Positions 18,394 to 26,941 of a stretch of DNA of 64,000 bases are shown here, piece after piece. The stretch lies in assembly GCA_002708995.1 (NCBI GenBank), contig PAPT01000032.1, forward strand, positions 100,039-164,038, given 5' to 3'. Origin of the DNA: Geminicoccus sp. GTDB lineage: Bacteria; Pseudomonadota; Alphaproteobacteria; UBA7985. The notes beneath the pieces were generated by a model that made no database searches, was not told where the DNA came from, and worked only from the letters and a program-made list of their open reading frames with translations. Numbering within the stretch: the first letter of the stretch is position 1; every line of letters starts with the position of its first letter. The position numbers were made by a program, and so were the translations under genes.

Positions 18394-19755
18394 ATGGCAG
18401 CAGAACGCAAACTCTTCATCGGTCACAAGCTACGCCGCCTCCGCCGCGAGGAAGGCGTGACACAGGCCCAGATGGCCCACGATCTGGGAATTTCGGCCGC
18501 TTATCTGAACCTGATCGAGCACAACCAGCGACCGATCACCGTGAACGTTCTGCTGCGGCTGGGCGACGCCTTCGGGGTCAATATTCAGGAATTCGCCCTC
18601 GATGACAGCGACGCCCAGTCCGGCCGTCTGCGCGAGGTGCTGTCCGACCCCCTGTTCGCGAAACTGGATCTGACGCGGCAGGACCTGCGGGAGGCGGTCG
18701 AGCGCGTGCCCATGGTCGCCGAAGCCCTGCAGCTGCTCTACGCGCGTTTTCAGGCTGGCAGTTCAGGCCAGCCCGACGCCGCCACCGTCCCCGGCACGCT
18801 AATCGGGCGGCCGAGCGAGGTCGATGAACTGCTCGACGCGCTCGAAGACCGCCACAACCACTTTCCCCAGTTGGAAACAGCTGCCGAAGCCCTATCCAGC
18901 GAAGCCGGTTTGCGGCAGAGCCACCTCGAAGCCGACCTCAGCCGCCACCTTGCCGAGGCCCACGGCCACGTCGTCCGCACCATGCCGGCGCGCGTGATGG
19001 AGACTGCCGCCTTCCGCCACGACCTGCACGGCAAGCGACTGATCTTCAACGAGCTGGCGCCGCCGGAAAGCCGCGTCTTTGCACTAGGGCTGACCGTGGC
19101 TGAGCTCAGCTTGCGCGACGAGATGCTGGCGCTGGTCGAAGCCATGGGCATCCGGCAGCCCAGCAGCGCCGCGATGATGCTGACGGCCCTCAAGGGCTAC
19201 TTCGCCGCCGCCGTGATGATGCCCTACGCCCGCTTCTCGGAAGCTACGCTGGAAACCCGCCACGACCTCGACATTCTGCAGGCCCGCTTCGGCGCCAGTT
19301 TCGAGCAGGTTGCGCACCGGCTGACCTCACTACAGCGGCCGGGGACGCGCGCGGTTCCCTTTTTCATGCTGCGCATGGACGCGGCGGGCAACGTATCCAA
19401 GCGTTTCAGCGCCGGTGGGTTTTCAATCTCGCGTTACGGCGGTGCCTGCCCGGCTTGGTCGGTCGTCAACGCCGACCGGCACCCGGGCAACCTCGGCGTC
19501 GATAAGGTGCAACTGCCCGACGGGGGTACCTTTCTTTCGCTGGCCAAATCCATCCGCAAAGGCCTGCCGCAAGCGGGCCGAGCGCAGCGGCGCCTGACGG
19601 TGGTGTTGGGTTGTTCCTACGAGTTCGCCGAGCAGGTCATCTACGCCGATGGGCTCGACGCGCAGGAACCCGGCCCCATCGGCACCAACTGCCGCCTCTG
19701 CCCCCGGCCGCGATGCGAGCACCGCGCCTTTCCGGCCTCGACCACAATCCGCTAA
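18394..19755 (+). CDS. ramB: XRE-family HTH regulator of the ScfR/RamB type (HTH + ImmA/DUF955 + DUF2083)
   Basis: N-terminal HTH LRRLRREEGVTQAQMAHDLGISAAYLNLIEHNQRPIT. 453 aa, divergent from aceA as in Paracoccus. Confidence 0.8.
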   Translation: MAAERKLFIGHKLRRLRREEGVTQAQMAHDLGISAAYLNLIEHNQRPITVNVLLRLGDAFGVNIQEFALDDSDAQSGRLREVLSDPLFAKLDLTRQDLREAVERVPMVAEALQLLYARFQAGSSGQPDAATVPGTLIGRPSEVDELLDALEDRHNHFPQLETAAEALSSEAGLRQSHLEADLSRHLAEAHGHVVRTMPARVMETAAFRHDLHGKRLIFNELAPPESRVFALGLTVAELSLRDEMLALVEAMGIRQPSSAAMMLTALKGYFAAAVMMPYARFSEATLETRHDLDILQARFGASFEQVAHRLTSLQRPGTRAVPFFMLRMDAAGNVSKRFSAGGFSISRYGGACPAWSVVNADRHPGNLGVDKVQLPDGGTFLSLAKSIRKGLPQAGRAQRRLTVVLGCSYEFAEQVIYADGLDAQEPGPIGTNCRLCPRPRCEHRAFPASTTIR

Positions 19756-19960
19756 ATTTCTGCATGTATGGAAACCGCGTCGCCCTCGGGGTGGCGCAGT
19801 CGCTTATGCAACAGCTTCGTGCACCGAAAGCCCGCATTGGGCGGGGCAGAACTCATCCTGCTGCCCGGTTCAACCGTGCTTTTAAACAGGCGTGTTCTGC
19901 GGTTCTCAACTGACGCCCTATCCCCACCACCACAGGGGGCGTCTTGCGGGAGTTGTGGTC

Positions 19961-20935
19961 ATGACAAGCACGGCTAGCGCAAACCGGCCGACCGTCCCCC
20001 TGCTGATGCTGCTGGGAGGACTGTTTTTGTTTTCCATTCAGGATGTGCTGATCTCCGATCTCACCAAGCGCTATCCCGTGCACGAAATCGTGTTTGTGCG
20101 CAGTCTGGTGAACATCTGGCCGTTGATCCTGCTCAGCTTTGCCTTTGATCAGGGCAAGAACATGCAGATCACCAAGTTCTGGCAGCTGTTCCTGCGCGGT
20201 GGCCTGCTGTCGCTGTCCTACACGGCTTACTATTTGGCACTGGCGGGGCTCGACTTTGCGCAGGCGACGTCGCTGTACTTTACCGCACCGCTGTTCATTA
20301 CTTTCCTCAGCTGGGTGACGACCCGGGTGCCGATCGGCTGGCGGCGCCTGACCGGGGTGATCATTGGTCTGGTCGGCGTGGTCTTTATTGTTAAGCCCGG
20401 GGTCGGCGATATCCCGCTGCTGCCCGCGCTGATGGCGGTCGCGTCGGCGTTTTTCTATGCCCTGTCAGCGCTCATGACCAACTGGCTCGGCCGGACCGAA
20501 TCAACGACCGTGCAGTCCGTAACCTTTGTGATCATGAACCTGATCATCGGGGCGTTGTTCTGGGCGATCTTCGGTGAGGGCTGGGCGGTCGATCACGCGC
20601 CCGAAGGCCTCGAAGTGCTGCTCAAGGCCTGGGTCTGGCCGACCCGGACAGACGTGCTGATCATGGTCGGGATCGGGCTGGGCTCGGCCATTGGCTTCAT
20701 CATGCTGACCGCGGCCTACCGCAATCTCGAACCCTCCTTTGCGGCGCCGTTCGAGTACTGCCTGCTGGGCTATAACCTGCTGTGGGGTCTGCTGCTGTTC
20801 CGGCAGGTGCCTGATGCCCTGACGCTGGTCGGGATTGCCATCATCGTCAGCTCCGGCTTGTTCGTGCTCTACCGCGAGGGTGAGCGTCGTCAGTCGCTGG
20901 TGCAGCGCCTGTTCCGCCCTCGGCGGGTCAGATAA
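19961..20935 (+). CDS. DMT-superfamily (EamA-like) transporter
   Basis: 10 TM helices with duplicated EamA-like halves. ATG at 19961 chosen over the track start at 19892. Confidence 0.75.
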   Translation: MTSTASANRPTVPLLMLLGGLFLFSIQDVLISDLTKRYPVHEIVFVRSLVNIWPLILLSFAFDQGKNMQITKFWQLFLRGGLLSLSYTAYYLALAGLDFAQATSLYFTAPLFITFLSWVTTRVPIGWRRLTGVIIGLVGVVFIVKPGVGDIPLLPALMAVASAFFYALSALMTNWLGRTESTTVQSVTFVIMNLIIGALFWAIFGEGWAVDHAPEGLEVLLKAWVWPTRTDVLIMVGIGLGSAIGFIMLTAAYRNLEPSFAAPFEYCLLGYNLLWGLLLFRQVPDALTLVGIAIIVSSGLFVLYREGERRQSLVQRLFRPRRVR

Positions 20936-21016
20936 GCCCCGACGGCGCTTGGCAAGTGTGGTTGCTCTGGCCTATCGCTAACCGCAGGTCGCTCGTCCCG
21001 GGCGGCCTGCCGCCGG

Positions 21017-21877
21017 TTGTGGCCCGAGGACAGTGCCGTGTTTCTTGATATCCCGCTCTCTGACATTCTGTTTTTCGCCGCTGTTCTGACCGGCGGTGCC
21101 GTGGTGGCAGGCTTCATCGCCGGGCTGTTCGGGGTCGGCGGCGGGATCGTCATGGTGCCGATCCTGACCGAGTTGTTCGGCCTTGGCCTGCGCGGCTCCG
21201 ACCCAATCCACGCCCAGCACATTGCTGTGGGCACGTCGCTGGCCATCATCATCCCGACCTCGCTGGTCTCGGCCCGCACCCACTATCGATCGGGTAAGAT
21301 CGAGATGGGACTGCTGCGCCAGTACCTGCCCTTTGTCGTCATTGGCGTGATCGGTGGTCTCGGGCTGGCGCGGGTGCTCGACGCCAGCGGTCTGATGCTG
21401 GTGTTCGGCGTGATCGCGCTGGTGGTCGGCCTGTATCAGTTCTTCGCCTCGCCCGATCTGACCCTGCGCTCGACGCTGCCCGGGGCCCCGGCGCCGCAGG
21501 CCGCGGGTCTGTTCATCGGCAGCACCTCGACGCTGATGGGCATTGGCGGGGGTGTGACCAACAACGTGTTCATGTCGCTCTGCGGGGTGGATATCAAGCG
21601 GGCGATTGCGACCTCGGCCGGGGTGGGGGTGATCATTTCGATCCCGGCGACGGGAGGCTTCATGACCATCGGCTGGACCAAGGACGGCTTGCCGCCGCTG
21701 TCGCTGGGCTACGTCAATCTGATCGCACTGGCGCTGATGATTCCCTTCACCATCTACATGGCGCCGATTGGCGCGCGGCTGACCCACCGCCTCGACGGTC
21801 GGCTGACCAAACGGCTGTTCAGCCTGTTCCTGACCGTCGTCGCGCTGCGCACGCTCTGGAAGGCTTTCGCCGCCTGA
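21017..21877 (+). CDS. TauE/SafE (DUF81) sulfite/anion exporter family membrane protein
   Basis: Duplicated motif GxxAGxxGxGGGxxxVPxL (GLFGVGGGIVMVPIL). N-terminus may begin at a downstream GTG. Confidence 0.75.
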   Translation: MWPEDSAVFLDIPLSDILFFAAVLTGGAVVAGFIAGLFGVGGGIVMVPILTELFGLGLRGSDPIHAQHIAVGTSLAIIIPTSLVSARTHYRSGKIEMGLLRQYLPFVVIGVIGGLGLARVLDASGLMLVFGVIALVVGLYQFFASPDLTLRSTLPGAPAPQAAGLFIGSTSTLMGIGGGVTNNVFMSLCGVDIKRAIATSAGVGVIISIPATGGFMTIGWTKDGLPPLSLGYVNLIALALMIPFTIYMAPIGARLTHRLDGRLTKRLFSLFLTVVALRTLWKAFAA

Positions 21878-21965
21878 ACCAGATTACGGTGCATTTTTGG
21901 CCCTCCGCCTTGCTTTTTCGCGGGAAAATCTGCGACTATCAGCGAAAAAACAGGGAGACGATGGG

Positions 21966-22427
21966 ATGTTAGCCGAACTGGACAGCATCGACCGCGCGAT
22001 TCTGACGGCTTTGCAGCGCGACAGCCGGATGTCGATGGCGGAACTGGGCGAGCGCGTCGGGCTGTCGTCATCGGCCTGTCATCGCCGGGTGCTGCAGCTG
22101 CAGAAGGCCGGGGTGATCGAGGGCTACGCCGCCCGGCTCAGCCCAAAGATGCTCGGGCTGGACCTGCACTTTATCGTCGATGTCTCGCTGGTCTCGCAGG
22201 CCGAGGAAGACCTCGAGGCTTTCGAACGCGCGGCGCGGGACAACTCGTCGGTGCTGGAATGCTATCTTATGGCCGGGCAGGCCGACTATTCGCTGCGCGT
22301 CTCGGCCCGCGATACCAGTCACTATGAAGAAGTCCATCGGCAGATCGCCCACATGCCGGGCGTCACCCAGATCGAGTCCAAGCTGATCCTGCGCGGGGTA
22401 AAGAAGTGGATGGGCTACAAGGTCTGA
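21966..22427 (+). CDS. Lrp/AsnC family transcriptional regulator
   Basis: HTH DRAILTALQRDSRMSMAELGERVGLSSSACHRRVLQLQKAGVI followed by a RAM domain. Confidence 0.85.
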   Translation: MLAELDSIDRAILTALQRDSRMSMAELGERVGLSSSACHRRVLQLQKAGVIEGYAARLSPKMLGLDLHFIVDVSLVSQAEEDLEAFERAARDNSSVLECYLMAGQADYSLRVSARDTSHYEEVHRQIAHMPGVTQIESKLILRGVKKWMGYKV

Positions 22428-22460
22428 TCCGACCCTGCAGCCCACCGCCAACCGATCACT

Positions 22461-22754
22461 TTAGAGCGAGGTGTCATCGTAGAAGAAGAGCGAGCCGTTC
22501 CAAGTCTGGGTCATCTCTTCATCACCGACAAAGTACGTTGAGGTTCCGGCCTGACTGATACCGACCAGCAGTTCGTCGGCCCCGATGTTGCCCTCATCGC
22601 GGGACGATTCCTCGATTTCACCCGGGATAACCAGCAGCTCGGCAGCGCCAGGCACCGGCTCGGTCGTGTACATCTGGGGCAGGACCTGCGGGTTGGTCGG
22701 ATCAACGTAGAAGAAGCGGATGATCGGGGTCTGGTCGAGCACGGCCAGTTCCAA
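22461..22754 (-). CDS. Hypothetical protein with FG-GAP-like blades. The N-terminus is probably longer (the open frame continues upstream without an ATG), or this is a gene remnant.
   Basis: NIGADELLVGIS inside the ORF and NFDGDADLELAVLD immediately upstream in-frame both match the FG-GAP calcium-binding blade consensus. Confidence 0.35.
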   Translation of the reverse strand: MELAVLDQTPIIRFFYVDPTNPQVLPQMYTTEPVPGAAELLVIPGEIEESSRDEGNIGADELLVGISQAGTSTYFVGDEEMTQTWNGSLFFYDDTSL

Positions 22755-22974
22755 ATCGGCGTCGCCGTCAAAGTTGCCGGATTCAATCTGGCTGGCTTTG
22801 ATAAGGCCGCAAATTTTTCTCGAGACCCAAAATGCCCTTGGGCAAGTCAGTACAGTCAGGCGCGTTATCGCGATTCATGATCGCGACTCATGGCTACCAA
22901 AAAGGGGTGAACAGGGGGTGCAGGCCCGACCACCGGCAGGCTTGCGGTAGTGACTGGCAAACAGCAGGGGGAGA

Positions 22975-24477
22975 TCAGCGGTTGGCCGGTACCCAGACAC
23001 GATCTTCACCGCGTCCGATCCAGCCGCCTTCTTCAGGCGCGAGCCGGGTTTCGGTGCGGGTGATGGTGGTCGTGGTGTAGGTCGACGTGGCGGTCGGTGC
23101 TGCAACCGTCGCGCTCTGGCCGCTGCTGGCGACGACGTTGCCGGTCGCTGCGGTCACGTTCCGCTGGTAGAGACTGGTCGGGGCGTCTTCGATCAGCTCT
23201 AGACCGAGGTTGCTGATCCGCTTGATGGCCATGCCGCGCTCAACGCGCTTATCCGGGCGCAGGGCAAAGGGGCCGTCAATGCCGCTGAAGCCCTGTGGCC
23301 GCTCCAGCTCATTGGCGAGGTAGCGCGTCATCGGCATGCGCCCGGCGATATTCAGGGCCATGCTCATACCGTCATAGGCGACCGATGACAGCGGATGCGG
23401 ATCTTTGCTATAAGCGACCTGATAGTCCCGCTGGAAGGAACTAAAGCGGGCTTCGGCGGGAGAGGCGTAGATGGCGCCTACCAGCGCCTGCTCGGAAATC
23501 AGGTCGTTCGCCTGCTGGTCCCAGATCGGCACCCCGAGGAACCGGACCCGGCGCGGGTCGACACCGTAGAAGTAGAGTAGCGAGGCCATATCGCCGGCTT
23601 CCTGCGTGTCGGGCAGGTAGATGGCATCGAACATATCGGCCTGCTCACCGACCTTTTGCGCCACGGCTGTCCGCCGGGAGCGGTCGCCTGCGTTGGCGGG
23701 GTAAGTCTCGGTCAGAACGACGTTGGTGCCGAGGAACCGCGCTAGTCCATTGGCGGCATCTGCTGCGGCCAGCCCGTAGGTGTCAGCCGGGGCGACCACG
23801 GCAATGCGCCGGTGTCCCTGCTGCGCGGCATAGCTCAGCACGCGCTTGGTCACGGCTTCGGGGGTGATGCCCATGACGTAGGCGTTGCTGCTGACCCGGG
23901 TGATATCGTTGCTGAAGCTGACAACGTTGACGCCTCGGCCGGCGGCAACCCGCGCCACGGTTGGCAGCGCGTCGCCGCGCAGAGGGCCGAGGATTAGGGT
24001 CGCGCCTTCGGAAACTGCCTGCCGGGCCGCGGAAAGCGCGCCGGGCGTAGTTGATTGTGTGTCGTAGAGACGGGCTTCAAAGGTGCCGGGGATACCCGCG
24101 TCCTTGATGGCGAGGTCGACCCCGTTCTTCATGGCGGTGCCGATGGAGGCTAGCTCGCCGGTAACCGGAAGCAGGAGGGCGATCCGCGGTGTCGAAGACT
24201 GCGCCGCCTGCTGAACATTGGCAGCGACGACCGACTCGCTGGGGTCAACCAGCACCCCGTCGGGTGTCAGCACGCGCAGACCCGAGGGGGTCATGATGGT
24301 GCGGTATTCGGTCTGCTCTTCAACGACAGCAACCCGCTCCCCGCCATCGGCCGTGACATAGGTCGAAGTGACACAGCCAGACAGCAGCAGACCAGCCACG
24401 AGCACGCTGCCGCTTGCCAGAGCATGCCGACACTGCTTGAAGATGTTGTCTAACCGATGCGCCAAAACGCCTACCAT
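22975..24477 (-). CDS. Periplasmic-binding-protein type I fold lipoprotein (LpoA-like PBP activator / LivK-like fold) with a Thr-rich C-terminal tail
   Basis: Lipobox LLLSGC; central type-1 periplasmic-binding-fold pattern; C-terminus TATSTYTTTTITRTETR. Confidence 0.6.
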   Translation of the reverse strand: MVGVLAHRLDNIFKQCRHALASGSVLVAGLLLSGCVTSTYVTADGGERVAVVEEQTEYRTIMTPSGLRVLTPDGVLVDPSESVVAANVQQAAQSSTPRIALLLPVTGELASIGTAMKNGVDLAIKDAGIPGTFEARLYDTQSTTPGALSAARQAVSEGATLILGPLRGDALPTVARVAAGRGVNVVSFSNDITRVSSNAYVMGITPEAVTKRVLSYAAQQGHRRIAVVAPADTYGLAAADAANGLARFLGTNVVLTETYPANAGDRSRRTAVAQKVGEQADMFDAIYLPDTQEAGDMASLLYFYGVDPRRVRFLGVPIWDQQANDLISEQALVGAIYASPAEARFSSFQRDYQVAYSKDPHPLSSVAYDGMSMALNIAGRMPMTRYLANELERPQGFSGIDGPFALRPDKRVERGMAIKRISNLGLELIEDAPTSLYQRNVTAATGNVVASSGQSATVAAPTATSTYTTTTITRTETRLAPEEGGWIGRGEDRVWVPANR

Positions 24478-24722
24478 AACCCTGTTCTCGTCGTTCCTTG
24501 CGCTCTGCTACCTATACGCATCGATCGCTCGGTATATCCCGGCATTTTGCTCTGAAAACGATAAAAACAGACGAGAAGTTCGCCTATTTGTCCCACTTTA
24601 GTCGCTTACGCGTCTCGATGAAACTCTGGAATCAAGCCGAAGGCACTTTATACGCCCAAGTCACCCAGGTTTGAATTCATCTACCCACAATCAAGCGAAA
24701 AAGAGCCTCAGGAGTGTAAAAT

Positions 24723-25832
24723 ATGTCGTCAATCAGGCCCTGGCGGGACATTGAGCGGCGAACGACTCGGAAAATCATGGTAGGCTCGGTATCGGTCGGG
24801 GGCGATTCTCCCATTTCCGTGCAATCCATGACCAACACACCGACCCCTGACGTGCAGGCAACCATCGCCCAGATCAGGTCGCTTGAGGATGCCGGTGCGG
24901 ATATTGTCCGGGTTTCCTGTCCGGATGAGGAATCGACCGCCAATTTTGATCAGATCGTCAAAGCGGTTTCGGTTCCGCTGGTCGCCGACATCCACTTTCA
25001 CTACCGCCGCGCGCTTGAAGCGGCCGACAAGGGCGCAGCCTGCCTGCGCATCAACCCCGGTAACATCGGCAGCAAGCAGCGGGTGATGGAGGTCGCGCAG
25101 GCGGCCAAGGCCAACGGTTGTTCGATCCGCATCGGTGTCAACGGCGGTTCGCTCGAACGCTCCCTGCTGGAGAAGTACGGCGAACCTTGCCCCGAGGCGC
25201 TGGTTGAAAGCGCGCTCAACTCCATCAAGCTGCTCGAAGACTGCGACTTCCACGAGATCAAGATTTCGGTGAAAGCCAGTGACGTCTTCCTCGCCGTCGC
25301 CGCCTATGCGGGGCTGGCCGAGGCCTGTAACTACCCCTTTCACCTTGGTATCACTGAGGCCGGACCGGCGCGGCTGGGTACGGTGAAAAGCGCGATCGGG
25401 TTGGGCAACCTGCTGTGGTCGGGGATCGGTGACACCATCCGCGTCAGCCTGTCTGCCGACCCGGTGGAAGAGGTGCACGTCGGCTTCGACCTGCTCAAAT
25501 CGCTGGGCCTGCGCCATCGCGGGGTGAACATCATCGCCTGCCCGTCGTGTGCGCGGCAGGGCTTCGACGTCATCGACGTGGTGCAGCAGATCGAGCAGCG
25601 GGTCGCCCATATCAGCACACCCATGGACGTTTCGGTGCTCGGCTGCGTGGTCAACGGACCCGGTGAGGCCGCGCAGACGGTGCTGGGCCTGACCGGCGGT
25701 GGCAACGGACGGCACAAGGTCTACGTCGGCGGCGCCCCGGATCACAACGTCAGCAGCGAAGATATGGTTGATCATTTCGTGCGACTGATCGAAACAGAGG
25801 CAGAAAAGATTGAGGCTTCGCAAGCGCCGTGA
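24723..25832 (+). CDS. ispG: 4-hydroxy-3-methylbut-2-en-1-yl diphosphate synthase (GcpE)
   Basis: TIM-barrel region INPGNIG and the Cys cluster CPSCAR…GC. Confidence 0.95.
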   Translation: MSSIRPWRDIERRTTRKIMVGSVSVGGDSPISVQSMTNTPTPDVQATIAQIRSLEDAGADIVRVSCPDEESTANFDQIVKAVSVPLVADIHFHYRRALEAADKGAACLRINPGNIGSKQRVMEVAQAAKANGCSIRIGVNGGSLERSLLEKYGEPCPEALVESALNSIKLLEDCDFHEIKISVKASDVFLAVAAYAGLAEACNYPFHLGITEAGPARLGTVKSAIGLGNLLWSGIGDTIRVSLSADPVEEVHVGFDLLKSLGLRHRGVNIIACPSCARQGFDVIDVVQQIEQRVAHISTPMDVSVLGCVVNGPGEAAQTVLGLTGGGNGRHKVYVGGAPDHNVSSEDMVDHFVRLIETEAEKIEASQAP

Positions 25833-26797
25833 AATGGATCCCCTCCGTTCCGCTTGAAACCCTTCGCGGGTGGGAACGCGCCTACAGTGACGTGGTTTTT
25901 GCCATCGGCAATTTTGACGGTGTCCACCTGGGGCATCAGGCCCTGCTGCGGGCTGCGCGTGAGCGGGCGGACGAGCTGGGCTGCCGGTCGGGTGTTCTGA
26001 CCTTTGCCCCGCACCCGCGCCGCTACTTCGCCGGGCCGGAAACCAAGCCCTTCCTGCTGACCCGGGGGGTCGACGAGCGCGCCGCGCTGCTGGAAGCCAC
26101 GGGGCAGGCCGATGTCATGTTGGAGCTGCAGTTCGACCTCGAGCTCTCCAGCGTGCAGGCCGAAGACTTCGCGCAGGAGATCCTCGCCCGCTATATCGGG
26201 ATCAAGCACATCCTCGCCGGGCCGGATTTCCGCTTCGGCAACCGCCGCGGCGGCGACATGCTGCAACTGGGCCGCTGGGGGCAGGAGCTGAGCTTCGGCG
26301 TTTCCGCCGTGCCGCTGCGCCACGACGATGCCGAGGGCGGGGTGATTTCCTCATCCCGGGTGCGACAGGCGCTGGTCGATGGCGATATCGAGACCGCAAA
26401 CCGCCTGCTGGGTCGTCCCTGGAGCGCCGGTGGAACCGTCGAGCGCGGGGACCAGATCGGCCGCACCATGGGTTTTCCGACGGCGAACCTGAACTGGCCT
26501 GCGCTGCAGCTGCGACCGCAATACGGGGTCTACGCCGGCTGGGCGGCGATCGACGGCGCTGACGAGGGGCTGCCCGCTGTCTCCTACCTCGGCACCCGAC
26601 CGACGGTGGACGGGGTTGAAGAACGTTTTGAAGTGCACTTGCTCGACTGGTCGGGCGACATCTACGGCGCGGAGGTGAAGTTCTGGTTCCAGTCCTTCAT
26701 TCACCCGGATCTCGAATTCAAGGGGCTGGACGCGCTCAAGGTCCAGATCCAGCAGGACTGCGACGAGGCCCGCCGCCGCCTCGCAGCTGCGGCCTGA
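25829..26797 (+). CDS. ribF: Bifunctional riboflavin kinase / FAD synthetase
   Basis: [10 protein letters not shown] nucleotidyltransferase motif and GFPTANL riboflavin kinase motif; ATGA overlap with ispG. Confidence 0.9.
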   Translation: MKWIPSVPLETLRGWERAYSDVVFAIGNFDGVHLGHQALLRAARERADELGCRSGVLTFAPHPRRYFAGPETKPFLLTRGVDERAALLEATGQADVMLELQFDLELSSVQAEDFAQEILARYIGIKHILAGPDFRFGNRRGGDMLQLGRWGQELSFGVSAVPLRHDDAEGGVISSSRVRQALVDGDIETANRLLGRPWSAGGTVERGDQIGRTMGFPTANLNWPALQLRPQYGVYAGWAAIDGADEGLPAVSYLGTRPTVDGVEERFEVHLLDWSGDIYGAEVKFWFQSFIHPDLEFKGLDALKVQIQQDCDEARRRLAAAA

Positions 26798-26941
26798 ACG
26801 GACCCTGATGACGGTAGCGCGAGTATCCGCCTTGCACGTCTCACACTCGCGTTTGCTGCCCTTGGGCTGTATGCCTGTGATTGAAAACCCGCCGTTATGA
26901 CTGAGCAAAACACCACAGAGTTGTCCGAGTAAACTGGTCCC

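Noticed and set aside
24729-25823. 364-aa minus-strand ORF
   Set aside because: Antisense to ispG. No motifs; Arg/Gly/Asp-rich.
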